From NCBI RefSeq assembly GCF_009914755.1, contig NC_060946.1: a DNA stretch of 64,000 nucleotides. One strand, 5' to 3'. The notes below the pieces were generated by a model. It did not search any database and was not told the DNA's origin. It worked only from the letters and a program-made list of their open reading frames with translations. A program made the translations under genes and the position numbers. Positions within the stretch are counted from its first letter, which is position 1, and every line of letters begins with the position of its first letter. Below are positions 13,101 through 29,454 of this stretch, one piece after another. The DNA is from the human T2T-CHM13v2.0 reference genome, Homo sapiens.

Positions 13101-13979
13101 CATGCATCCTTCCTTTCCTGAGGGCCACAGTTCTCCACGTGCTCAGCGCCCGTGCACGGCAGGGGGACTTCCACACGTGCACTTCAAGGGACCACAGCTG
13201 CCCTGGACTAAAGGGGACGCCCCGGAGCCTCTGGCAAGGGCATCACTGTGACTGGAAATCCCAAGGACTCGAAATGCAAGCCCCTTTCACCAGCTCACGG
13301 TGCGGACCCTGCTCCTCCTGACTGCACTGACCTGCCTCACCATGTCAGCAGACACCAACCTCAGCACAGGGTGGAGACAAGCCCTCTGCCAGCTGCAGAT
13401 CCGTCCCACAGGCTCATCAGACAGGCTGGAATCCCAGCTGTGGCGTGGCCCCCACCCAGCTGACACGCAGCCCCGGGGAAGTCAGCCCTGGCAGGGCCAG
13501 CTCACAGCAACAGCCCGAACCTCTGCACTCGGCAGACTGAGTCGCGGCTACGGCAGAGCCTGCGGGAGGGCCTGTACAAGGGGCAGACCGGGGCCAACAG
13601 TGCAGCCCAGGAGGCATCTCCTTCCTTCAGACACTAAAGTCTCAGGGGCCTGGCACTCAACGGCTACAGCCTTGTTCAAGCTGCTTCAAGTGGAAGCAAA
13701 ATATAAACACAACACACAGACTGTTAAATTACAGTTTAAGTGAGACTGTGTATTTGCCATTGAGGAATTACTCTTTTCAGGTGTGAAAATATTGTGGTTA
13801 TATTTAAGAAAAATGATGGAGAGGCTTTACTGATGAGAACGTTCATGCTGGGTTTTTAAATGTCTGATTCTTGGTTTTCATCCTATTATAAGTATCGTAA
13901 GTCACATTTCTATACCAACCAACAAGCTTGCTTGTGGCTGTCTTCCCTAATGACTTCCCCATTCCAGTCTGGCACTCGC

Positions 13980-14083
13980 CTCTCCACAGACCCCCATCTT
14001 CTCTGAGGGGCAGGACCCCGCCCGCCCCACCTCTCCAGAGACCCCCAACTTCTCTGAGGGGCAGGACCCCACCCGCCTCACCT
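13980..14083. repeat. 51-bp tandem duplication
   Basis: CTCTCCA.AGACCCCCA.CTTCTCTGAGGGGCAGGACCCC at 13980 and 14031. Confidence 0.85.
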
Positions 14084-16329
14084 CGGAGTGGACTTTCAGG
14101 CCACTTGCTTCTCCACCCACCTTCCCATCAGCTCACAGGAAACGCCCTTTTCATCAATTGAGTCATTGTGAACATTGGGTGTAACAGGTGATTCGAGGCC
14201 ACCTGTGTCTCAGTCACATTGTGTTTTCCTTACAATGGCCCCAGAAAAAAAATAAAAATAAAATGATTCCAGAGCTACAAAGCAACAAAAATGGTCTCCA
14301 AAGGCTCCTGCTAAGCGTTGGGTGTTATGAGGAGCCACGCTCACCACAGCGGAGGGCCAAGCAGCTCCAACCATGCGAGGTCCTCAACCATGCGAGGTCC
14401 TCAGTCCTGTGACCCAATAACCGTGCGGGGTCCTCAGCCCTGTGACCCAATGGCAATGGAGGAAGCCACTGATAAAAAAAAAAAGCTAAAAAGGTAACTT
14501 ACTGCTCTACAGTGAAAATGGTACAACTGTGTGCGAAGAGAAGCGCTGGAAGCTATTTTGAGAATGGTGAGTGGACCTGCTGGCAACCTCCTCACAGCTC
14601 AGTCCTCAGGGCACAGAAGACAAGGACAGAAGGGCAGTCCACCTAGAGGGAGGCCCACACAGCCAGAGGATGCCTCGGTGGGCTGCACGGAAGCAAAGGC
14701 TGCGGGACCAGGCACCAGCCTGGACTCCTGGGCACAATGGGGCGGCCCAGGGCCCGGACAGGTATGGCTGCCAGAGGGTCCTGTAGGCAAACGTTCCTCA
14801 GAAAAAACACGAGGCCCCCAAAGCAGAGGAGGGATCACGTGCCAACAATAACAGCCTTTGGGAGAAGAGAAAACCAAGCGCTCACCTTGAAATAGAAAAG
14901 CCTTTATTCTATGGACCTAACGTAATTGACGCCAGCCCCAAAAGAGACATTCTAGAGTCTGGGTACTATACTATGGTGAACTAAACAGAAGAATCCCAGA
15001 ACAGAACAACAAACAGGCACAAAATGAGCAAAAGGATGCATAAGAAATTCTCAGCTGTGTGCACAGGAGTAAGTTTCTAAGAGAAAGAAAAGCTTAATGG
15101 CTCTCATTCAAGTTGCCCAAATGTAAAACAGGATAAAAGGGGCGAAGCTCTGCAGACAGGAGCCACAAGAAGTTCAGGGGATGAAAAGGGCCCTGAGACC
15201 ATGGGGACCCGCTGACCTGTGTGGCATCATGAAGACACTGCGTCACTCCGAGCACAGACGTCCATAAGAGATGAACGTCTTTGTTTTAAAAGAAAATTGT
15301 ACAACAATTCTGTGTCTTATTTCAACTGTCTGCTGTTCTGACTTGGATGTGCAGGGGAAGGGCAAGAAGGCTGAGAACCAGCTGCCAATGTTGTGGCAAG
15401 AGGGTCTGACCCTACTGTCTGCTTCGTGTAACCGGAGCGTGTCAAGGTCAACTGCAGAGACACACGGCAAAACACAGTGGCAATGACTTTCTATCAACGT
15501 CTCCAAATCCGATTTAGTTTTAAAATTCCTCTTTCACCAAATATGGGACACACCAGCTCTACTTCCTCACCCTGCCAACCTAGATGTACACAGACCATCG
15601 CTCGTAAACTCCCTCCTCACCATGCCAAGCCTGCATTTGCCCTGGGTTTTGCTAGTTCTCCTTCTAGATAGGCGGATTTCTTCTCCTACATTTATTTCTT
15701 AGTCATAAAAACATCTTTGCTGCCTGGACCTTTCCCCAGACATTCTTTGGCAACGATCACGGCTGCTACCTACCAACTCTGCAGAGGAGCTGGCCGGGGA
15801 CCCTCGGGGCAGACAAGGCCTCTGCAGGTACCGTCCCTCCCTTCACAACATCAGGGAGGAGTGTTTAAGTGCCAATAATCTAAAACAGCCCTTTCAAAAT
15901 GCTGCATTTGATGGCCTAGCGCACAATTAAATGGCTCCCCGCCAATTTACAAAATGCAACAAAAACATTTCTCACTCTCATCATTCAGGCTACCTTTACT
16001 CTTCAACACAGTGTAAGATCTAAACCATTCTTTTCAAATAGTTTCTCAGGCCCAAGTTAAAGAGAAAAATTTTATTCTGTGCCTTAAATTTTATCAACTG
16101 ATTATGTGAGAAAACACAGACAGCACAAATGATAACGTCTCCTTAAAAGGAAACAACAGCCCAGTGGGAAAATCAAGTGTTCCGGGATTTGTGAATTTTA
16201 CGGAACTGGCGCTAACCTGAGCCTCCGTGCACACCAACGCTGCTGCCCGTGTCTGGGTCTGTGCCTGTGCCTGTGCCTGAGCCTGAGCCGTGACGGCAAG
16301 AAAGCGGGGCAGCCCTCACCGTGGCTTAC

Positions 16330-16590
16330 CTTCCTCGCCCGCCTCCGGCCCCAGCGCAGCTCCGTCCTCTTCGAAGCCTTCCAAGCCTGGCCCCGTGGGC
16401 AGGGGCTGGCTGTGCTGCTGGCTCAGCTTGTTTCGGAGAAGGGCAATTTCCTTTTTGAGCAGCTTTGCCCGCTTGCTCCGGGAGCCGCTGGACTTCATAG
16501 CGCAGGTGAGGTCGAGCATGTCCAGCAGCTCTCTCAGCTGCTCCTCCAGGCCCAGGTGGGCTCTGTTGGCGGGGTCCAGCAACCTGTCCA
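16330..16590 (-). CDS. BRD1: BRD1 coding exon, 261 nt
   Basis: TTCAG|TGGACA ... AAG|GTAAGC; DRLLDPANRAHLGLEEQLRELLDMLDL..SKRAKLLKKEI. Confidence 0.96.
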
Positions 16591-18391
16591 CTGAACCAAA
16601 GGACACATGCTGTCAGTCATCAGGTCCCACGCACCTTCTGGGAACACATCACCGGTCCCGTCTTTCAAATCACCTTCGGCCAAGGCCCTGAGAGTGGCTG
16701 TTAGCAACGAGGCCCAGGCCCTGCTCACCAGAGGCCCCTCCCCTGCACTCTGAACCCACGAGTAGCTGCTGCTACAGGAACACACTGGGATGCTCCTGAT
16801 GGAGAATTTCTACTCCCATGACACTGTCAGCACAGAAGGGGCAGCGTCCAGGTAAGATCGCAACCTCTCCTGGACCAGGACCCACTGAGGCTGCCTGTGC
16901 AGACAGCCTGGCTGCCTGGGTGAGGGCACAGCACACAGACCCCAGAGAGAGGCGCACGCTCCACCAACCCAGCACAACTCAGCTGGACCTGCGCTGGCTC
17001 TGCAAACAGAGGTGACGACTGGCAAATGTGTTAAGTTAGGGCCATTGCACGTCCTAAGTGGTGTCTTAGCTGAAGTCTTCAGATGCTGATCATTGTGTGG
17101 CTTTAGTAAACGGGTTGTAAAATTCACAGATCATTCTGAATTTCAGACGTATTTACTACAAAGTCCCTAGAAACTTCGCTTTCAAAAACACCAAAATTTA
17201 TAAAGCACAAATTACCTTAAATAAGTAAGAGATGGCCAAGAAAAGAAACTGCTCCTCAGAGCTATCTGAAGATAAAACCAGAGCAAGAAGGAGAGAGAAG
17301 ACAAAAAAAAAAGTAAGACTGCCCAAAAACACATGAACTCTCTTCATCTAGAAACAGGTGTTTTACTGAAAGCATCTGTCTCTTTGGCTGAATAAATAAA
17401 GTAGTAGAGAGAAACAAATCAGTCCTTCAAGACTCGTATCCATAACATCACTCTGAACAAATGTCATAGATAATACTCAAAAATGTTCATACAAAAAAAC
17501 ATATCCTTTGAAACCCCAAGAAGAAAGCCTCGAAACGTCTGTTTCTTTCAAAACAGAGACCCACGGCCTCCAGGTCTGTGGCTCAGGCTCCAGGCAATGG
17601 GAGGTGTCGGCCGTGCTGAGAAGAGCAGCAGGTGCACCCTCAAGGCACACCATGGCCACTGGCTCACCTGTGCACTCCCAAATACTGAGAAAGAAAGAAA
17701 CCAGGACTTCTCATCCTTCATTTTCTCCTTAGCAAAAAAACCCGGGTGTAGAAATTCACTTAACAACTTGCATGACCATGATCTGAAAGGCGCTGACACT
17801 CAGAGGCCTCCACACCTGCTCTGTTCGAGGGAGGTGGCATGGTGCTGGGAGCATGATGTGGGGGAGCACAGGAGCAGGGCCCTAGGGGCAAAGGAGGCTC
17901 CGGGCTGCTAAGAAGACAGGGAGTCCAAGAGTGATGCATCTTCCTGCTTTGAAGGGCAGGCAACCAGCGTACGTCCTGAGCAGCCAGCAGCGGGCACCAG
18001 GTGGGCGTCTGAGAGCTGATGGCAGGCAAGGCATCCAAGCCAGAGCGTGATGGCTGTGGGAGGCGGGGGAAGCTTTCCCACGGTCACCAGAGGCTAGAGA
18101 AGGACCTTCCAGGACAAGCATGAGCCCATGGAGCCCTGGGCTCACTCTGAGGCGGCTCAGCCCTGGCTCCTCTCAGGTCCCCAAGGGAATGTTTCGGAAA
18201 AGGATAGCTGGTCTGATCAGCCTGGAGAGCGCAGCTTCAGAGAGGGGTTAAAGCTCCACCCGGGTTCACCAAGAGCCAGCAGCACTGTTTGGAGCCTGTG
18301 TTTATTTTCTAAATTTCTCCAAGAAAAACGTGTTACTCTTAAAATCAGAAAATCAGAGACAAAGAATAAAAATATATTTCCATTGTGTTTT

Positions 18392-18953
<562 letters not shown>

Positions 18954-19105
18954 CTATCCCCAGTCTTTAAAAGAGTACAGCCCATCCTCCAATCCTCACA
19001 GGTGCCGAGTGCTGCGGGACCCCACGGGAAGCAGGGAGCCCAGCACTGCTGCCATGAGGGGAACAGAGGGCGAAGCAACGATGGCCCAGCTTGGTTGAAT
19101 CCCAT

Positions 19106-19167
19106 GATGGCGGGAAGCGGACCCCACGATGGCGGGAACGTGGACCCCGCGATGGCGGGAACGTGGA
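19106..19167. repeat. 22/23-bp tandem repeat, 3 copies
   Basis: GATGGCGGGAA at 19106, 19128, 19151. Confidence 0.9.
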
Positions 19168-19714
19168 AGAGAGGAAGAGGGCCAGGCCTCATCCCAGAAG
19201 AAGCGACCTAGCACGGGTCAGTGATTCATCAAGAGAAAGGGTAGGCCAAGAAATCAGGGATATGGGACCTTTAGACAAATAAGCCAAACACACCGTGATT
19301 TCTGCTCAGTTTGTGGCTCAGAGCTGGAGCTGAGGTGCTGGAGCTCTATGTGCTTTGACAACCCATGTGGGCAGGACACACCCTTCGACAGACAATCCCA
19401 GAGGTGCGACTAACAAGCAGGGTGCAGGGGACAGCCCCGGTTTCCGAGGACCAGTCTAGAGAAGGGTGCAGGTGACTACACATGGCTGCAACACGTGCCT
19501 GGGCAACCAAGAAGCACAAGCCCAGGCTGGAGTCCAGGTGGGCCGTGGACACACTCCCAGAGCCCTTTCTACAACATGCGCAAACCACGAAGTTAAAGGG
19601 CTGGAGGCAAAGCCAGAGATCCTCCGGCTTCACGCCACCCTCAGAAGTTAGCCGAGGCCCACTCTGGATGAAAACCCCCAACTAAGCTGCTTTCTGGGTC
19701 TGCATCGTCGAGAC

Positions 19715-20413
<699 letters not shown>

Positions 20414-20592
20414 CTAATTTTAGGGAGGAAAAAGAATCATTTACAAACTAAAACAGGATATTAGTTGACTCTATATTTATTATTCCATATAACCCACAAG
20501 CCCATCCTATCTGAGAGCCACACACAGACACGCAGACGGTACAGACATAAGACCCAAGTACTGCAGGGACCTTCCCGACCCCAGCTCCTTCA

Positions 20593-21003
<411 letters not shown>

Positions 21004-21283
21004 TCAGCTTTAGGGAGCCGCACATGCGTCTCAGCCCCACCACGCGCCCCACAGCCACAAGCAGCCCCCACAGGCTCCTGTGCTTCCGTCCAGGCATAGG
21101 ACAACGCAGCCTCCACTTAGGGCTCTGCAACCCATGGCAGCCAGGCACCCAGCCTGGGCTGAGCAAGGCACTGCTGTGGGCCAGGACCCACCGGGTGCAG
21201 CCCACCCTCTGCAGGAGCTGCCAGCGTCCCACCCACGCCCCGTGGCCAGTGGTGCACTCCACGCGGGACAGGCCCAGCCCCAC

Positions 21284-21415
21284 CTGCTCACGCTTGAGCT
21301 TCTCCCGCTTGCGCAGCAGCTCGATCAGCAGGCGAGCGCGCTCCAGGTCGTGCCGCAGCCGCTGCCAGTACTTCAGCTTCTCTTTGGCAGCCTTCATCTC
21401 CTCATCATTTTCTCT
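21284..21415 (-). CDS. BRD1: BRD1 coding exon, 132 nt (EPC-II helix)
   Basis: CTCAG|AGAGAA ... CAG|GTGGGG; [44 protein letters not shown]. Confidence 0.97.
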
Positions 21416-24403
21416 CTGAGAACAGTGAACACTTCCGTCAGTCAAACCCAGAGGCTCCTTCTGCAAAAGGCCTCAGATACCATGCAGGTGAGACCCCAAG
21501 AGGCATCCACGTCAGGGGTCCTGCAGGCCCATCCTGGGGAGGACAACAGACCACCCTCACTAGAGAGCCCCAGGACAGCACCGGGACAGAGGGGACAGAG
21601 GAGACAGAGGGGATGGAGGGGACAGAGGGGACCGCCAGGCCAAGGTGAGCAGGGGGCTGGCCCCGGTGCACAGGTTCCACCCTCCAGAGAGGACAGAGGC
21701 CTCCGCAAGCTGGCGGCGGGGGGGGCCTTCACAGAACCAGAAAGGCCCACAAAGGCGGGGCCAGGACAGAATGGGGGACCCTTGAGGACCCACCTCCAGG
21801 ACAGCTGGGAATGGAGGGAGCGGCTGGAAAGAAACCAGGTGCACAGAAAACCACATGCTGGGCCCATCCTGGCTTGGACAGAGCATGACGGGGGCCTGGC
21901 ACACAGCCGACCTGCTGCCCTGCCCTGCACAGCGCCTCCATCCCGACACACGTTTCCCCACAGCCAGGGTCCCATTTCCATTGATAGCACCTGCTCCCTT
22001 CTCAGTGGACAGAAGAGTGCGCCAGACAGCACAGGCCGCCAGCCTCAACCCAGCCAACATCCACACCAGGGTGATCAGAAGAAAATCAGAGCCCTGCAAA
22101 GGCCATGACACAGATGGTCGCAGGAGAGTAGGCCACCTGGGTCTGCCCTCAGCCCTGTCCTCACCATGTCCCCCAGGCCTGGCCGCATGAGGCCTGCTCG
22201 TCACAGTGCCGGGGCACCCTGACCCTACCTCAAAGGGGAGAGGAAGTCAACGAGGGAGTTGGCCTGAGTGGGCCCCCAACACCTGTCATCCTCCACAGCT
22301 GCAGGACACGCGCGCCCTGCCAGCCTCAGGACAGCCGTGGCCATCAGTTTCTGGCACATGCTTCACAGCCCTGAGACCCTCCTCTCCCCCAACGCCTCTG
22401 TCCCCGGGTTCCCACCTGCCCACCTCAGGGTACTGTCATAGCTTTTCAAAGGACCGAGGGTGTGAAGGCAAAGACTGCTGGACTACAAGATGCAAGGACC
22501 CCGGACTCCAAACTGCTCAGAAAAGGAGGCTCAAGGAGGGAGGCCGAGCCCCGCACCCCCACCCCCAAGGCCAGGCCTCTCCATGGCGAGGCAGAGCGTT
22601 GCTGCGCTGATGTCCCCTGAAGTGAGGATCTCTGGGTTTTCCTCAATGCTGCTGAACACCCTCAGGCAGGAAATCGGGGCTAAGAGTAACAAGATCCACA
22701 TCAACTCAAGCAAAGGCAGGAAAATGTGGGCTCCAAAAACCAAGCTCCCCGGAGCATCTGAGTATTGCCTGTCCCTCAGCTTGCAATCGACACTTCTGAA
22801 AACCTCGGCCAAAAGGACATTTGGCCTGGGAATCTGTTACGAAGCGGAAGAAATCTCCTCATCACCAGGAAGCCCTTTATCACGCACTGGCTGCTAAGCA
22901 AACTTACTAGTCTGCTCCCCAACCTGGTTTAACAAACGCCATCGGCAGTGGCAGGGGCCCCGTTGACAGCACCTGGGCCCAAGGTCCCATGACACATGCA
23001 GCCTCATCCACTCAGAAGGATCAAGGTTCCTTACTCGGCTCTCAAGGGCTCGATATTTCCCATGTAAAAATCAACAGTGGGAGGCTCCACGAGAAAGGAC
23101 AGAAGTGAAGAAGCACTCAGGCATCCCCACTGCCGGGAAGAAGCTGAGCGCCTCCGCGTCCATTCCAGACACATGGGGGAGACACAGGGCAGGGCTAGGC
23201 GACGGTCAGGTTAAAATCGCCTCTGCTGGGAGGCACAGGCCAGCTCCTGGGGTGAGGGCCCACAGTGTTACAGAGTGGCCGACCCCAGGCCTCCTGGCAA
23301 CAGCACCCAGCTCCTGCCACTGGGCCCAATGCCGCCAGCAGGTGCGTGGGACTGGCAGAGGCCACACACGCAGCACAGCAAGGACGATGTGGGCAGCAGC
23401 GCCCAGCATGCCACAGGACAGACACTGGGAAAGCTGCAGGATGCGCTCCCAGGACAGGAAGGGTGGGCCACGGGAGCAGGAGACAGTGGGACGCCACCAG
23501 CATACACACAAATCGCTGCTCACCCTTTATAAAGCTAAGCTGCCGCCCCCGTTCTCCCTGCGGCCTTCAACGGCCACACACACCAGAACAAAAACCAGGG
23601 CCTATATGCGCAGCCAGCACAGACCCGCCATCGCTGCAGCACCCTCGGCGCCTGCTGGCCTCTCAAGAGACCCCGTCCAGTTCATCCACCTGCCCCCACC
23701 ACAGGGTCAGGCTGGGGCAGGTACACAGAGACACAGAGGAATCAAATGCATCAGGTACTTCCAAAGCTTCAAAACCATGAAACCACACCAAGCCGTGGCC
23801 ATCCCTGGCCAGGAGAAGGCAGAAGCACAGTCTCTCCCAATAGCCCGTTCACACAGAGGCAGGTTTCCAGGCTCTCCACGCCGACTGCTCTGCTGCGGCT
23901 CAAGTCCAGGCAGCTCCTTCTGCTCCTTCCCAGGTGACTTCGAGAAGCTGCCCCCTCTGCCAGAAGAGCTGCTCTGGCCGGGCTGTGGGGATGTTCTCTC
24001 CTTACAAACGTATTCTGCACACAACAGGACGTGAGGCCTAACAGGCAGCGATGAAGCAGAGGGGGCCCAGCTGGCAGGTTCCAGCGGGTCACCTCTTCTT
24101 TGCAACCCTCCCCCTTCCCTTGCCTGGCTCCACCACGCCCCAGGCCACCCCCAGCTGCCTGGGTCCCCGTGGCCCCTGCCCACTGGCCCACGTGTCCTGC
24201 TACTGCAGGGATTCTGGCCCTCGTGTCCCAGCTTATGAGAGTAGAAATGATGATTCCCACCGCTGGACGTCCCGTTTGGCCACATCCATGCCCACTTTCC
24301 ATGGAATCTGCCCTTCAACAGCTCCTCTGTGACTTACCTGGAGTTCTGTCCAGCCCCGAGATAAGACCCAAGATCTGAACCCTCAACTTCCTCCCAAAAA
24401 AGC

Positions 24404-25014
24404 CTCTCTTCCATTCCCCAACATCGCAGGGGCGGAGACCAATGCCTCCACTCTCTTCCTTTCCCCAACATCGCGGGGGCCGAGACCAATGCCTCCACTC
24501 TCTTCCTTTCCCCAACATCGCGGGGGCCGAGACCAATGCCTCCACTCTCTTCCTTTCCCCAACATCGCGGGGGCCGAGACCAATGCCTCCACTCTCTTCC
24601 ATTCCCCAACATCGCGGGGGCCGAGACCAATGCCTCCACTCTCTTCCTTTCCCCAACATCGCGGGGGCCGAGACCAATGCCTCCACTCTCTTCCTTTCCC
24701 CAACATCGCGGGGGCCGAGACCAATGCCTCCACTCTCTTCCTTTCCCCAACATCGCGGGGGCCGAGACCAATGCCTCCACTCTCTTCCATTCCCCAACAT
24801 CGCGGGGGCCGAGACCAATGCCTCCACTCTCTTCCTTTCCCCAACATCGCGGGGGCCGAGACCAATGCCTCCACTCTCTTCCTTTCCCCAACATCGCGGG
24901 GGCCGAGACCAATGCCTCCACTCTCTTCCTTTCCCCAACATCGCGGGGGCCGAGACCAATGCCTCCACTCTCTTCCTTTCCCCAACATCGCGGGGGCCGA
25001 GACCAATGCCTCCA
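24404..25014. repeat. 47-bp minisatellite, 13 near-identical copies
   Basis: Unit CTCTCTTCCTTTCCCCAACATCGCGGGGGCCGAGACCAATGCCTCCA; 611 bp = 13 x 47. Confidence 0.98.
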
Positions 25015-26500
25015 GCCCCCAGAGCTTCCCGCCGCTCAGCCACTTCCTGACTCTGGCCTCTTAAGAGCCCCCCAAACCGTGCTGTCCTTTCCAGGAGCCC
25101 TGGAGGCTACGAGGTGAGGACAGAGGAGAGATGGAAAGCCAAGTCACATCATGGAACGGAAGATGCGGTTAACTCATTCAACAGCCAAAAGACATTCACT
25201 GAAGCCTCAACTCTGTGGACACGTGAGGATCTCACTTGGAGAGGGGCTGGCTCACAGACCTGCCCGGGGAGCCCCAAGTTCCATGGACAGACACACAGTG
25301 GGGCAACCCAGGTGGACGGCACGGGAGACCTGGAATATTCCACAGCCAAGACGCACCAAGGCCGTCAGAAAACCTTGGACCCCACCACACCAAATCAGAC
25401 CCACAAACCACCACCTGCCAGACCAGAGCACCAGACTCTGTAGTTCCCTGGAGCACAAGGCAGCCACGGCAGGTGACTGAACAGGGCTCACGCTGCAGAG
25501 GCAGAGTCTGCGAGGCAGAGACAGCACCGGCCACCGCACCACCGCACGGGGACCCAACCGTGAACCCTGTAGACTCAAGCTTCCTGTGAGCAAGTCACCA
25601 CCTCACAGCAGAGCAGGATGGTTTCGCTTCGTGCCCAGGATGGCAGTGAAAAGCACCATGAGGAAATTCCAAGAGGCACTCAGGCCACGCGACGCCAGCA
25701 GCAGACAGCTCTTCCAAAAGACCAGCGGCTCCTCACTAGGCAGCGTGGGCAGAGGGCGCTGGCCGCAGGTCCTGGGCCGTGTGCAGAGCTGCTTGTGTTT
25801 TCAATTACTTTTGTGCATCTCACAGAAGCTACTTCACTCTGTAAACCCATTTTTTCAGAACTGTTTCACAGTATCAGATGAGTCTATAAACTCAAACCTA
25901 CTATCAAAATGTAAGAGTTTGGGTTTGTTCTTTTAAAAAGGAAAAGTCCTGCTCCTTCCCTCCCACTCTCTCAGCTCTCTCGAGCCCTCCCCACCCCACC
26001 ACAGTCCCAGCTAAACCAACCTTCAGAGCAAGGCCCTCGAAATAAACCACTCCTCACATATTTCCAAAACCCACCCTCCAGGCCCAGCACACAGACCCCC
26101 ACCCACATGGCCCGGGTGTGCTCACCGGGTCCCACTCCTGCTGTCCCCAGCCCGGACGCTCATGCAGCCACAGCATAACACATCCCTGAGCATCCCCAGT
26201 CCCCAGAGCTGGCCACTGCCCATCAGCGTGTGTGCGGGCAGGGCAGGGCGGGGGAGCGCAACTCAAAACGGAAGAAACACCCAGTGACAGGCATGGATGA
26301 GAATCACCCCCCGAGTCGCAGATCCAGAGCCCAGTGCACCCGACTCCTCCTACAGCTCCAGGGCTGGACGAGACGGAGGCTTCCCAACGGGGAGCCTGAG
26401 CCCAGGGGGCAGCACCGTGACCAGCCTGAACCAGGTGCCCTCTCCCTGGAGGGTGGGGGTGAGAGACGCAGAAAGGCTGTGGGGGCCACGAGCCACGTAC

Positions 26501-26657
26501 CTGCTGTGAGCTTCGCTGAGACTGCAGGCTGGACTGCAGCCGCCGCAGCAGGGGGGCCCCGTTCCTGGACAGCCGCTTGAGCAGCCAGTAGCTGTGGGCT
26601 CGCTCCACAAACTGCTTCTTCCGCTGAATGGCCACCTGATTCGCAATCCTATTTAAC
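26501..26657 (-). CDS. BRD1: BRD1 coding exon, 157 nt (start of EPC-II)
   Basis: TTTTAG|GTTAAA ... CAG|GTACGT; [40 protein letters not shown]. Confidence 0.97.
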
Positions 26658-26826
26658 CTAAAACACAAACACTCAGTGTATCTTTGAAGCAGTACATTAA
26701 GATGTTTCATCACATAAACTAGAAATGACAGTACTACTGCTAACAAAACCATGTGTTCATACTTTTTCTCCCTAAGCCATGACACCTGTATTTCTACTAT
26801 CCCTAGTGCTGCTAAAACAAAATTCA

Positions 26827-27255
<429 letters not shown>

Positions 27256-28018
27256 TCATTCTTTCTATGTGACCCCATCTGCACACAAGCTGACTTCAAC
27301 CACATCTGTGTCAGCGGGCCCAAAACCTTAGACACTGTCCACTCAGACGCCATGGGAGAGGTGGGCACTGGTCCCCATGTCACCTCCAAGAAGAGAGACA
27401 GAGCTCAAGGTATAAGCCGCTAACAGGTGCTGTTTTACCGTGCTCACTAAAATGACATCAGTCATCTTCAAGTCTCCCAAGAAATGCAAAGTGCTGCCCT
27501 TGGGGGCACATGGAGCCACCAAGACCCTCGGCGCCTCTCATCCACCAAGGGAACCCAACGCCGCCTCTTCCGGCAGAACCTGGCTCAAGCGTGGAGCCTG
27601 CAGGAGAACACTCACCAGACCCAGAACTGACCGTGAGGTGCCTTCTCACAGGGAACCCGCCGGGGGAACTTTGCCAGAGTGACCCATCAGCAAGAGCTCC
27701 CGTGCAGATGTGGAACCCCTTTAGGCTAAAACAATCCTGCCCACCACTCCAAGGGCAGTCTGCATGCTCAGGACACCAAACGCCTGCCCACGAAGCACAG
27801 CCCTCCAAGGACAGCCAACGGAAGGAAGCCAGAGGCTGGAGAGGGCATCGGCAGGTGCACTGGGACGCTGGGCTCTGATCACAGCCCCACAGGGCTCCTC
27901 CTCTGCAGGCTGGGCTGGGCTGGACCTGGTCACCTCATGGCCTGCTGTTTTGGGAGCAGTCTGTTTTTACCACTTGGGACTGAGGCAAACCATGTGCAGT
28001 CAATAGCACAACACTTAA

Positions 28019-28466
<448 letters not shown>

Positions 28467-28750
28467 GCCCTATCTCTTAAAAAAGAAAGAAAGAAAGATT
28501 CTGTTTGTTTTTATTTCTTCTGACCCATGAGATGTGAGAAAAAATTCTGACCTCATCACAACAAGCCACCATCTTCTCCAGAGTCAGGGCTTCTGGAAAT
28601 GTCAACAGCCCACAAGTTGTGAGCAAAAAGGCTTTGATGAAAATGCTTTAAAAACTTAAGAGCCAGATGCAGAGGTGTGCGTCTGTGACCCCAACTACTT
28701 GGGAGGCTGAGGGAGCTCATGTGAGCAAGAGGCTGAAAACCCCAAAATTA

Positions 28751-29351
<601 letters not shown>

Positions 29352-29454
29352 TCACCAGAGTTCCAACATCAAGTATTCCTTGGATTTTTGTTAAGCCCAG
29401 TCTACATGCTGACACATAAATACTTTACCATGGGACCCACTAAATGCACTAGGG

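Noticed and set aside
14367-14450. Small local duplications (also 12450-12500, 16255-16290, 21575-21630, 33425-33475)
   Set aside because: Ordinary slippage products with no further signal
21080-24318. Long intronic ORFs (342, 309, 214, 203 aa)
   Set aside because: High-GC intron, low-complexity P/G/R/A composition, mostly non-ATG starts, no recognisable domain
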